A stretch of 64,000 nt of DNA from contig JBHGNT010000003.1 in NCBI GenBank assembly GCA_043228905.1, positions 3,472,001 through 3,536,000 on the forward strand, given 5' to 3'. Numbering within the stretch: the stretch's first letter is position 1; each line of letters begins with the position of its first letter. The translations under genes and the position numbers were made by a program. The notes under the pieces are model-generated. The model made no database searches, was not told the origin of the DNA, and saw only the letters and a list, made by a program, of their open reading frames with translations. Of this stretch, positions 51,497 to 62,850 are shown in pieces. The DNA is from Azolla caroliniana (lineage: Eukaryota > Plantae > Polypodiophyta).

Positions 51497-53125
51497 TGTC
51501 GTGTGGTTTTTCACACAAAATATGAAAACTAGTAAAATAATTATTTAAGATTAGCTTAATGTATTCATATAGATAGGTGTCTTCAAGAGTTTCATAGCGT
51601 ATTTTACTACGCATGAAACAGATAAACAAGTATCAAGCTATGTGAGTATGAAGTTTCAAGAATTTCATAGTGTATTTTACTACGCATGAAACAGATAAAC
51701 AAGTATCAAGCTATGTGAGTATGAAGTTTGAAGAGTTTCATAACATATTTTACTACGCATAAAACGGATAAACAAGTATCAAGTTATGTGAGTGTGAAGT
51801 TTGAAGAAAAGAAAAGAAAAGACAAAATTGTGAGATATCCCACATAGATAGGACAACATTAGAACCCATAATATATAAGGGAAACCAAATCATATTTATT
51901 CTATCAATGTGTGGAGCATAGAATGTTCAAGGTGACTTGGGCTACACTATGTGGTGTGCACACTTTGGATGTACGTGCGTCTACATTGTTGCGTGGATGT
52001 TTTCGGAAGTACGTGCACATGGACATCTTCGGATGTACGCGCTTGTGCAAGTTTCGGGCGTACGTGTGGACGTTTCGGATGGACGCGTGTGTGTGCACGC
52101 ACGCATGCGTGGATGTACGCGTGGACGTTTTGGACAGACGCGTATGTGCGACGTAGACGCGTGTGTGCGCATGCGCGCATGCGTGGATGCATACACTACG
52201 GCGCAGACGAGACTTTTTGTGCGCGGATGCGTATACGGTGCGGGTTGGGCGCGCGCGCGTGGATGCGTACACTACGGCGCGGACGCGTGTGTGCGCATGC
52301 GTGGATGCATACACTACAGCGCGGACGAGACTTTTTGTGCGCGGATGCGTATACGGTGCGGGTTGGACGCGCGCGCGTGGATGCGTACACTACGGCGCGG
52401 TCGGGACGTGCGCATGCGTGGATGCGTACACTACTACGTGGTCGAGACTTTTGCGCGCTGACGCGTCTACGATTTGGTTGCGACGCATGTACGGATTGCG
52501 CACGGGCTAAACTTTATGGATGATTGTGTCATTTGGCCGAATTATACGAACAATCGCATGCAACCAAAAGCCAAGGCCATGCAACTAAAAGTAAAAAGGC
52601 ATGCATCTAAAAATGGAAGCATGCAACTAAAAATAGAGGCTATCCGACTAAAAGTGGGCATGCAAAGTAACATTGGGGAGGAGGATCAACGAGGAGCTCG
52701 ATATATGTCCCATTTTTTCCCTCCTAGTTTTTTCTTTTTTCTTATTTTTTCCCCCTCTTCTTTCTTTTTCCCTCTCGGATTCGAGAAACAATTTATCTCA
52801 CATATTGATATCAAACTGCTAGCTGTGTTTACTTGATCTTTCTTGTAAAAAATTATCTCTCGTATTCATATCGGACCACTCCTTGCATGGTTGTTGGCTC
52901 CTTTCTTTGAAAAACTAATCTCTCATTTCCATACCCAACCCATTGTAACACGATTCTGAAATTATAAAGAATTGATTTTCTTTTGCAATAAACGAATGAT
53001 TTGTCTCTCCCTCTTGACTCATGCTTAAGACTTGCTTGTGTTGTTCATGTTGCTCTAAATCCTTCTAGTCTAGAACCCCGGCGGTTCCTCTCACGATCCG
53101 CACATAGTGACGGATTTTCACGACA
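51497..53125. mobile_element. Solo LTR (1629 bp) with internal 66-bp tandem repeats and a CpG-rich tandem array
   Basis: Ends TGTCGTG...CACGACA, with a 4-bp TSD gcgt/acgt. The empty site is visible in LINE copy A at ~48960-48975. Confidence 0.85.
51950..52505. repeat. GC/CpG-rich alternating purine-pyrimidine tandem array
   Basis: Recurrent gcgcatgcgtggatgc(a/g)tacactac and gagactttttgtgcgcggatgcgtatacggtgcgggttgg units (~118-bp period at 52180-52420). Confidence 0.85.
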
Positions 53126-54465
53126 ACGTGTTAATATTTTAAGAGCTTTCTTTGACCATGGGAGCAAAGGAAGATAATAAGATACCATAGAGACCATAAT
53201 CGATTGGACCACCTTAAGTCGTACATGAAAAGGCCAAAATTGAGACCTCCAATACATAAACTTATCCTCCAACCTTTTGGATACCCACTCAATAAGTTTC
53301 ACATGAGAAACTTCCACCCCAATTGGATATCCAAGGTGACGACAAATCATACCACGATGTACTATCCTTCATGACCACCCCAACCCCAAAACATCTTGTT
53401 TTGTACATGAAATGAGGACAGATTTATGTATATTAATTCTAAACCCTAAAGCATTTGAAAACAATTCCCACACATCTCTTGTCTTACTAATATTTTCCCG
53501 TTAGGCGCCAAAAACATAATATGGTCATCTGCTAGAGCTTGAACAATACATGGCTTCCCTAATGGCAACCTTAGTCCAAGCAATTCTTCCTCCATGGCCA
53601 TATTGTGTAACTTAACAAGAATAGGATGTGTCACAATAGTGAATAGTAAAGGACTTACTGGGAATCCTTGTCTAACTGACCTTCGAATAGAAATCAATTG
53701 TGTTACTCCTCCATTAAACATCACATGTGAAACCGAACCCTCCCCTAATGTGTATATCAACTTAGACATACGATCACCAAAACCCATATGAGACATCAAT
53801 TGATTTATAAACGACCAATCCACATTATCATAGGCTTTCTCGATATCCAATTGTAGCAACACTAATTCTTGTTGAGACTCCTTTGCATAGTCAATTGCCA
53901 TTTGAACATTTAAAATATTATGTAAAATGTCTCTTTTTGCTAAAAACTCATATTGAGCATTATGAATAATAGAAGGTAAAACCTTATGCAACCTATTGGC
54001 CATCACTTTTGCAAAAATCTTGTACATTCCCCCCATCAATGAAATACGCCTCCATTGAGCAAAGGAACATGGAGAAGGCACCTTCGGCAAAAGCTTGATC
54101 AAACCAATCTTCCAAGAATGAGGCATTTCCCCTGATGTCCGCACCTTCTGAAATAAAATCGTAAAAGGCCCCTTTAACTTAATCACATATTTCTTAAAGA
54201 GTTCATGTGTTAATCCATCCCACCCAGGACTCTTATCATTAGCAAGATGTGACATGACATGTTCCACCTCATTCTCTGAAATATTAGCATCTAATGATTG
54301 TGCCACATCATGCGATACATGATTTTTCACTCCATTAAAAAATACATCTCTATCCTTTTTAACATTATCATCGATACACACTTGTACATCCAACAATTGT
54401 GTATAATATTCTATGCATTTCTTCACAATTTCTTGAGGATCGGAACACAATTTCTTGAGGATCGG

Positions 54466-54987
54466 GATGTAAGTGAGATGAAAAATGTATGTACAACGAA
54501 GTCATGGGCCGATGTATGTGGTGGGGATGTGCTAACAAACTCATCTAATATGCATGTGATGCATCAAGAGAAGAATATAGAAAGCATAGATGTCCGAGAA
54601 TTGAAAGAACGTGAACAACGATCAAAGAACATTGTCGTCCGTGGGATTAAAGAAGAGAGTATGCAAACACCCGCATCCCTTGGAAATGCCATTGGTGAAC
54701 TTTTTAGCATGCATTATGGGATGTCAGATGTGAATGTATATGGGGCACACCGAGTTGGGAAACATGGTGTTACTCACTCCGGAGAAAGGCCTATTGTATG
54801 CACAATGACAGATGATACAAAGTGGCAGATCATACTCGAAAATAGTTGGGTATACCTCAAAGGTATGCAATGCTTTGTGAGTGAAGATCGTACTATCTCA
54901 CAACAAAATGCTCACCGTAAAGCATATGAAGAAAGATTGAAAATTAAGGTTAAGGACGTGCCTAAAGATGGAAATGTAGGCAAATAG
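54466..54987 (+). mobile_element. LINE ORF1-like fragment (coiled coil plus RRM-type)
   Basis: ELKEREQRSKNIVVRGIKEE...AHRVGK...RPIVC...LKG..CFVSEDRT. A 20-bp duplication cacaatttcttgaggatcgg marks the junction with LINE copy B. Confidence 0.7.
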
Positions 54988-55017
54988 GGACACGTGATCT
55001 ATGAGACTAACCCACGC

Positions 55018-55592
55018 TGTCGTGAAGAAAACCGTCCCCAGGCGCAAACCATGTATAGTGTGTGTGAACCGGCCCTTACACGTGGGCACGTCCCTTGTTG
55101 TATAGTAGATAGGTAGGCACAAAGGTCAAATCCTAGGTAGCAATATTCTATAGGGGAAAATCGAGGGGTATCTCTGTCTAAAAGGACAAAGAATTAATGT
55201 GATGTAAACGGGGTGAAGTGGCCTCCCTCCTTGAGCTATAAAAGAGAGGGAGACGGGGGAGAGAGGGGATCACGCGCTAGGGGGGGACGAAGTGCTGTCG
55301 GACTGGGACCGAGCTCTTCTTCTCTGTCATTCTCCATAGCTTTCTTTTGCACAGGTTCTCAAGAGGCTGATCCTGCTCCGTGGAACGCCTGTGTGCTTCC
55401 AGCAGAATCTCCATCTTGCTCTCTTGTGTGTGTGGGTGATCAGGCGCCGACATCCATCTCGCTGACCTGGTCGGCTGTAACCGTTCGAGTCGTCTGCACA
55501 TATTTATATACATACGCTAATGTTCTCAACTCGTGTCTCCTGTGTGGTTGGGCCGCGTCCCCATGTGCTTCTTCGTCTATACGTGCGCGAGC

Positions 55593-55640
<48 letters not shown>

Positions 55641-57623
55641 ACCTATTCCTCGGTCCAAGACCCCAGTGGTCCCGCCTTGTTCTCCACGCACACGCGTAAC
55701 AACGCGACATATTTGGTGAACCCGACGTGAACAGGCGGCAGAGGAGTAGAAGATGAGGGGGTCAGACCTTGCAGAAGTCATGGCTTCGGCTGTAGACCGT
55801 ATAGTGAGTGTGCGTGAAGGCACCGGCACCCTTGATAGGGCTATCGAGGCAGTTGTCGGTACGATCGGCCGGTTTAGTGGGAAGGATGCCACGAGCTACT
55901 TGGCGTCCTACCGGGCTGAGATGGTAATGAGGGACATTCTGGAAGAGAGGCGTCTAGCCGGATTCCCTCGAGTGGCGATGCCGGGTATCCATACGGAGGT
56001 GCTCGAGGTACGGGCCGAGAGCCGGACCTGGGAGGAGTTCGAAGGTCGGCTCCTCAAAAGATACGGGCTTGAAGATGCGCTTTGACTTTCGAAGCGGGAC
56101 TTCATGGAGTGGGTGGAGACCCCTGACAAAGGAAGGAATGCGTCAGTGCTCCTTCGGGAGTTTGAGGAACGCTTCGCGTGCCTCTCGGTGCTTGACCGGA
56201 CCGTTCTGGACACAAGCCGTGTCCTATTGTTTGTTAAGTCGGTTGACGAGCGGGATCGGGAGCAGGTAGGCCTCCTATTGGAGACTGATGACGGGCTGAC
56301 GGCCGACTGGGCCGTGGTGAAAAGGGTTTGTGGCCGTTTCGACAAACGGCGGGAATGGGTTGACAAAGGATCGACAAGGGCGGGCCCTGTCGCAGCAAAG
56401 AAGCTTGAGCCAACACCACCAACGCGAAGGGAAGAGATCCGAGATTGGCTCGAGACCGGGTCGGCTTCAACCGGCATGGTCAAGGGCTCGTCCGGGGGAG
56501 CAACTCTGGAGGAGCTGATGCGGATGGTAAAGGATCTCCAGATCGCCCAGGCACAGAGGGATGGTGGTGAACAGGCCCGTGACCGACGACCTCTAGCTGA
56601 AAACAGGTGCATGTGGTGTGACGCGGTTGGGCACATCCGAAAGGACTGCGGGGACTTCGCCGAGGTGATGAGAAGCAATGTGGTGTACCTGTGGAACGGT
56701 CGGGTGCACGCCAGCGAGACCCGAAGGGCCCTGAACTTGAACGTCGGGCGAGGGGGTATGAAAAGGCTGATGGAGGAGGCGGCGACTCGTCACGCGGAGA
56801 CCGTCCACTACTCGGCGTCAGCTGGTATTCGGGTCGGAGGTGGCGAGGCCCCGAAGAAGAACAAAGCTGGGTTCTGGCCGACGATGCTGGAAGGCCTTGC
56901 CGGGGCACGGTTGAGGAAAGAAGAGGTGGACCGCGCGGAGAAACGGGTCCGGGAGGTAACCCGATGGAGTGACCCGGTGGAAGAAAAGACGGGCTTCGTC
57001 GAAGCCGCTTATCAAAACTACGAGGCTCTGGTGGAGGACAAGTGGGTAGGGAAAACCGGAGGGGCCAAGCCCTCGCAGCGATATGAAACTCGATTCGGGC
57101 AAAGACGGAATGAGGCCGTTGTAACCGGCGCCTAGGATAATCCCAAGAAGGGCGGGTACCGGCTAGGCACAGAAATCGAAAGATCCACGGACCTGCGAAA
57201 GGTCCTGGAAGAACGAATCCTCGACAGCAAGGTGGAGCTATCGCTGAGGGAAGTGTTCGGGATCGCCAAGAAGGAGTTCCATGACTCCATCGTAGACTTG
57301 GTGAAGAGAAAGAGGCTGTCGACAGAGACAGAACCGGAGAAGCCGGTGGAGGTGCGAACGACGCACATAGAGGACATGGCGCTGGAAGACGAGTTGGCGG
57401 AGAGCCACTATTCGAGGCCGCACTGGGCCAGAGCGACCACGGAGACCCCCGTGAAGATCGGAGATGTTCATGAACCAGTGGTGGCGTTGGTGGACCATGG
57501 TTCAGAAATCAATTTGATGTCCATGGACTTCTATAAGAAGGGAAAATGGTCGATCAACACCAAGCACGGGTGGAAAATACGGGTGGCGACACATGCCACC
57601 GAAGAACTGCATGGAGCCTGCCT
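55018..57623 (+). mobile_element. Non-chromoviral Gypsy 5' half: LTR 55018-55709, tRNA-Trp PBS 55714-55731, gag-protease 55753-57623 with two in-frame stops
   Basis: TGTCGTG...CGCGACA; TATA ctataaaag at ~55237; PBS TGGTGAACCCGACGTGAA; zinc knuckle CMWCDAVGHIRKDC; protease ALVDHGSEINLM. The three ORF pieces share one frame. Confidence 0.88.
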
Positions 57624-57635
57624 GAAGGGGGATAG

Positions 57636-58106
57636 TGTCATGATAACAGTCACATCATGCATCGAAAGGATCATGACACTGACATTATGACTCGAAAGGA
57701 TTTGAACCCACGACCTTGTTGTACACATGTTAAATCTTTAACCATTGTATTAATATTCTTATATGTATAGTCGCTAGAATATGAAATCTAATATCATAGG
57801 AATATTCTATATTACTCTACATTCTAGAATGACCTAGAATATTCTAGAGTGTTCTATACCACTAGAACTTTCTAGAATACTCTAGAGATCTTCTAGATTA
57901 CTCTACATTCTAGGATAACCTAGAATATTCTAGAGTGTTCTCTATTACTTATAAATAGGGATCTACCACCCATCCCAAACCTAAATTGGTTCAACGCCAT
58001 TTTGTAGCCTACTCTTTGTAATCCATTTTATGCTTCAATATAATAATTCTCTTTCAATTATCTCTCTATCTCTTTTTCTCTCTCTTTCTCTCTCTCAGTC
58101 TTGACA
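57636..58106 (+). mobile_element. LTR family T2 (471 bp), preceded by a PPT, with an antisense tRNA-like cassette
   Basis: gaagggggatag|TGTCA...TTGACA; TATAAATAGG at ~57950; TCTAGA-rich repeats. Minus strand TAATACAATGGTTA...AAGGTCGTGGGTTCAAATCC at ~57698-57752. Confidence 0.8.
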
Positions 58107-59040
58107 GGGGATATGCAACAAATCACTTTAGAAAAACAACAAATGCAACAACAACATGGGGAGTTAGCGTTACGGGTACAACAACTTGAAGCAGCGTTGC
58201 AACAACAAGGATCAAGTCCCCAAGGATTTCATAAAGAGCCCAAGATTGGACTTCCAGTGAAATTTGATGGAACGCGATCGCAATTCCAGGGATTCCTTAA
58301 TCAAGTACGCTTAGTCATCCAGATGCATCCTTCCCGATATCCCACTAATGCATCTCGAGTCGGCCTAATAGGCACGTTACTTAGCGGCTCAGCCTTGGCA
58401 TGGTTCGCTCCGCTTCTAGAAAAACAATCGCCCTTGCTTAATGACTTTGAAGGTTTTATTAGTGAGTTTAAAGCCTGCTTTGGAGATACCGACAACATCA
58501 GGACAACGATCAACAAAATCCGAAGATTGCGTCAAGGCGATCGTCCAGCCTCTGCCTAGCGACGGATTTCCGTCTACTCACCTCAGATATCCCCTGGGAT
58601 GATCAGGCCCTCATGGAGCAGTTTCACTACGGCTTGCGCAACGATGTCAAAGACTTGCTTTTAACCTTCCCCGAAGAACCAAAGTCTCTTACGAAGGCAA
58701 TCAGTCGAGAGGTCCGATGCGACAACCGCCTTTTCGAACGGTGTTCGGAACGTCAGTTACAAATACCACGCTCTCGGCCGGAACCCACATACGCCTCAGT
58801 CACGGCTAAACCGTTTGCACACGACGTACCTCAAGCCAATATTCCGACACCGATGGAGATCGACACCATGCGTCGACGCGGCCCATTATCGGAAGAAGAA
58901 AAGCAACGACGACATGTCAATCGATTATGTCTTTATTGCGGTGGACTAGGGCATATCGCCATCAATTGTCCCCATAGGCCAAGAAGACAGGTAAATCAAA
59001 TCGTCGCCTGTACTAAACCCGAGTCAATTCTTCCTTTCAG
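58107..59040 (+). mobile_element. Tcn1/PEG10-like chromoviral gag, frameshifted
   Basis: EPKIGLP.KFDGTRSQFQGFLNQ...LLSGSALAWF, LRQG.R, FHYGLRNDVKD, PMEID, and LCLYCG..GHIAINCP. Followed by an LTR-like end at ~59043-59174 (..ttgaca). Confidence 0.85.
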
Positions 59041-59174
59041 AGTGTCTGATAGTATTAATAGTATTACTTCTCTCTTCCTCTCTCGGGAATCTTACGCAGT
59101 CCCGTCCTCTTAGTACTAATAGTACTTCTCTTCTCTAGTACTAATTCTCTCTCTGTTTAGTACTATTCTTGACA

Positions 59175-59825
59175 TCCACTGGATATAGTCCTTTTATGTT
59201 GATGTATGGTTTTAAGCCACGTGCCCTAGTTGATGTCACAATTCATCATGATACATTAGACAATACACACAATTTTTTGCAAGACATGAACCAAATGTTG
59301 CATATTGCCAAAGAAAATGTCAAGACTGCTCAAGATCGTGCTCGGTTTTATGCTGATCAAGATAGACGTCCTCGTGCATTTACTATAGGTCAAAAAGTTT
59401 TTTTGCGTGTCCCTACTGACTCTACTTCATTGTCTACGGGCAAGTGCACTAAGTTAGCCCCACGATATTGTGGTCCATATGAAATCCTTCAGCGAGTTGG
59501 GTCATCTGCTTATCACCTTGCCTTACCCCGTAACGTTGGTATTCATACTATTTTTCACATCAATCGTCTAAAACCATTTTTAGGCTCTGATGATAACACC
59601 ATCACAATCCAGAATCTTGCAACATTAGAGGATTTTTCTTACAATCCTCATGTTCCTGAACAAATTCTTGATTCTCATACTAAACATTTACTTTCTAAAG
59701 AGATTTGGCAATTCAAGATCAAATGGATGGATAAACCAATTGATGATGCCACGTGGGAACGCAAGCATACTCTTAAGGCACAATTTCCTCACTTTATATT
59801 TCAAGAGTGCAATCTTTTGAAGTAG
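59175..59825 (+). mobile_element. Integrase C-terminus (GPY/F) and chromodomain of the host chromovirus
   Basis: STGYSPF.LMYG, KLAPRYCGPYEIL, IFHINRLK, PEQILD...FKIKW...DATWE. Confidence 0.9.
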
Positions 59826-60301
59826 CGGAGTATGTTATGTACACGTAACGTAGGTGAGAGTAGGTCACTAATATTTACATAAGTGAAGGGTATGTTCACT
59901 AATGTTAAAAAGGGAACTAATATGATTGGATAGAAGGATTAATAGGTGCATGCACTATCATGATTTGGTCAACCAATGAATGGAGAGCCATTTAAAAAGG
60001 CACATCTATTCAAGGGGCCTAGGAAGAGGTATAAATATGAGGCTTAGCTACCCTCATAAGCACATTACGTTGGAAGGTTGCTCTCTTAAACACTGGTGGT
60101 GCGGGCTAGGCTTTCACGTCTCAACGATCGTGTAATCTCTTCCAAGGTATTAGTCATCCTAATATCCGGCGGTATCGATGGTAGGTTGGCTATGTCTAGA
60201 TCATAGCTCGGGGGTGGTCGGGTGGAATGGGTTCTTCTATTCAATCTATTTTCCTTCTTTTACTTTATTTTGTTCTATTGATTAGTAATAGACTCTTAAC
60301 A

Positions 60302-60580
60302 TGGATACTCAAGATAATGTTTGGGGTTAGGTTTATTGCGAAGCAAACCATGTAATACTTGTTTCCATGCTGAAAATAATGTCCTAATAAATTTGTCTTC
60401 CCATCTATTCGCTGAAGATACTCAGAAATTTTCCCTAAATATCCAATTTACATCCTTTGACCAGGGGGCACCTAGGTGAGGAGAGCAATCTGAAGAATGG
60501 TCAATCAATAATACTTTCCATATCTCTTGCCCCGACGTAAATCCTCTAACGAGCAACTTACTTAACAATGCTCTTGATTT
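60302..60580 (-). mobile_element. Upstream continuation of the LINE at 43030-44480
   Basis: SRALLSKLLVRG...WKVLL...AWKQV...LEY joins in frame to LSQKIVWNPLF across the LTR element. Confidence 0.8.
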
Positions 60581-60599
60581 ATATGTATATATTGTACAT

Positions 60600-61367
60600 G
60601 TATAAAGGAAAACATCCACACCAAATATTGCATGTACAATGGTTACTGTACACTGAGCCTTGTCAGTTGGCACATGGTTGCGTAGGATGGGAGTATCTTC
60701 TGGTTGTGCTCGATGCCATTTACAAACAGAAACTCAAAAATATTGTTTATGGGAATGCATTGAGTCTCAACCGATATGGCAACGTCTCCTTAGAATTTTT
60801 GCTAACTATTTTCCCCCATTGGTTTTCACTTGGGGCATGTTGGTTTGGACATCACTTGTCCGTGATGCATTCCATTATGACACCGAATCTATGGACCATG
60901 GATTTTACACTAAATCTAGAAGTGTTCATACATTACCATTGTTGTCATTACAGTTTTCAAGATATACAGAAGGAAGTCCAACCAGTATGGGAGATAGCGA
61001 GTAGTACCACCGTATATCACATCTTGAAAGCTCGATGCTCTCTCGTTTCCATCAACTTAAAACGTCACCAGCTAAATTGGTTTCAATTATTTTGTTAGAC
61101 ATAGTTCATACTTTGAAGGGACAATGGGATGGTATAGTTAGAGATTTTGATGCTAAAATTGCTCAACGGCATGAGTTTATTATTGTTTGGACAACTACTC
61201 CATTCATGACATCTAATTATGGTACTCCTTAATGGCATTTTCAGCCTCTAAAATAGTTGTTTCCCCCGCCGATCACATAGAGTTTAAAATCTTGTAAAAT
61301 GTTTCCACTCATGACACGATATGTGCTTTAATAAATAAATAAATAAGAATGAATAAATAAATAAAAT
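60600..61367 (+). mobile_element. Second copy of the same LINE 3' end, opposite orientation, with a (TAAA)n tail
   Basis: Reverse complement of ~43030-43760: CARCHLQTETQKYCLWECIESQ, WTSLVRDAFHYDTESMDHGFYTK. Confidence 0.85.
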
Positions 61368-62850
61368 GCTTCCACTCATTTCCACGAGTTTTCGATATCT
61401 CCTCAAAATACCCGTCCATGTGTGGTGTCTTGTCACAAGATGTATCTCCTCAAAACGCATCCCATGAGATGTCCGCGACGAGGAGGAATTGTCTCAATGA
61501 TGAGATGAGACCCAAATTTACAGCCCCCCCCCCCCCCCCATTCAACATTTCGGTAATTCTCTTGACTCATGCCCCTAAATATTAGCAAAGGACTAGTCGG
61601 AATCTTCATGAGTTGTAGGTGGGAGCCTCGTTGAGCAATTTTTTTAAGAGTCATTGAATATAATATAGTTGAACTTGGCCTAATAACAATGCATTCAATC
61701 AATAATCCACTTGAGTTTGCCCTAAGTTTTGGATATCTCCTCTATAATGCCCCTTTATGTGCCTCCATAAGCTCTTAGTTTAGTTTCCCCAAAACAACCT
61801 TATGCTTGTTTTGTTAACTCCGTAGTAACCCCTATGTTTTCTTTATTTCAATATTATTATGATTGAGACATGTATTCCTTAAGAGGAAATTAGATGACTT
61901 TGACCCAATAATTAGTCAAATCATATGTTTAATCAAGACTTTTGAAAACGGGATGAGATGATCATAAAGTTGTTAAATCACATGTCTAGTTTCTTGAGAC
62001 ATGCCAACTAAGGGCATACGGGGACATAATGTGTGCATTTGTTATCACTAGTCTTAAAAACAAGGTATGTAGGGGGTATGTAGTTTACATTGATTCCTAC
62101 CTTTCTTAATTATTTTAAGTCAAAGCTCAGTAATGCTTTGTGTTGGTCAAGCACTTTGATCAAGTGTATGATTTAGTGGCCAACTTCCCTTGGTTTTCGG
62201 AGAGGGAATTCACTCCCCATCACTTTGATCTAAAGCAAGGAATTTCAAATTTTCCGTTTTGTTTTTATATTAATTAGGGCAAAAAACCCTGAAATAACGA
62301 TACAATTCACATTTGGGGGTTCTTATTGGTCATTGGAAAAACAAAACGATATATATTATTCAATTTGTTCAAGTTGGCCAATTTGAGTATACTAGGAAGA
62401 GCAATGAAGTGTGTTACATATGATCAAACCTAAGCATACCCAATGAATAGCTCGAAGAACTTGCATTTTATCACCAAAGTGATCATAGTCCCCACCCCCT
62501 CATTTACAACAAAGTATCCCATCAACTCTTTTAACATGGTAACTACCTTGTAACACTGTTATACATATTTACAGCTCCTAGTTACTAATGGAAGCCATTG
62601 GTGGAAACAACCATCCAAGCCTTGATGATGATCTGACCACCATATGAGAATTGTCCCATTTCAGTAGAAACTTTGATCGAGCTCTTTCTACTTCATTCGA
62701 TTCCCCTTGAATCGAATCGTACCGTCCCCACAACCAAGATACCGGGTTGAACCAGATGTTTAACAACATCTCATCACTTGGGAGCTTGTGTTGTTGAAAA
62801 ACAAACTTACAATGCTTAGTCCAAATGTGCCAAGACGTTAAGCAAGCCAT

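Larger units (their letters stand above)
50047..54450 (-). mobile_element. L1/Tx1-like LINE copy B, interrupted by a solo LTR
   Basis: ORF pieces 53446-54450 (KSPGWDGL, RT motifs), 53130-53350, 50671-51483 and 50464-50667. Colinear with copy A. Confidence 0.9.
44481..60301 (+). mobile_element. Ty3/Gypsy chromovirus with both LTRs (44481-44959 and 59833-60301), filled with nested insertions
   Basis: Homologous LTRs TGTTATGTACAC...CTCTTAA(T/C)A; PBS TGGTATCAGAGC (tRNA-iMet) at 44961; integrase tail plus chromodomain at 59175-59825; PPT gaagtagcggagta; flanks gagat/tggat. Confidence 0.88.

Noticed and set aside
51904-52523. Many overlapping ORFs in several frames
   Set aside because: Artefact of a stop-poor GC-rich repeat inside a solo LTR.
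55908-56908. Long antisense ORFs opposite the Gypsy gag
   Set aside because: Expected shadow ORFs of GC-rich coding sequence.
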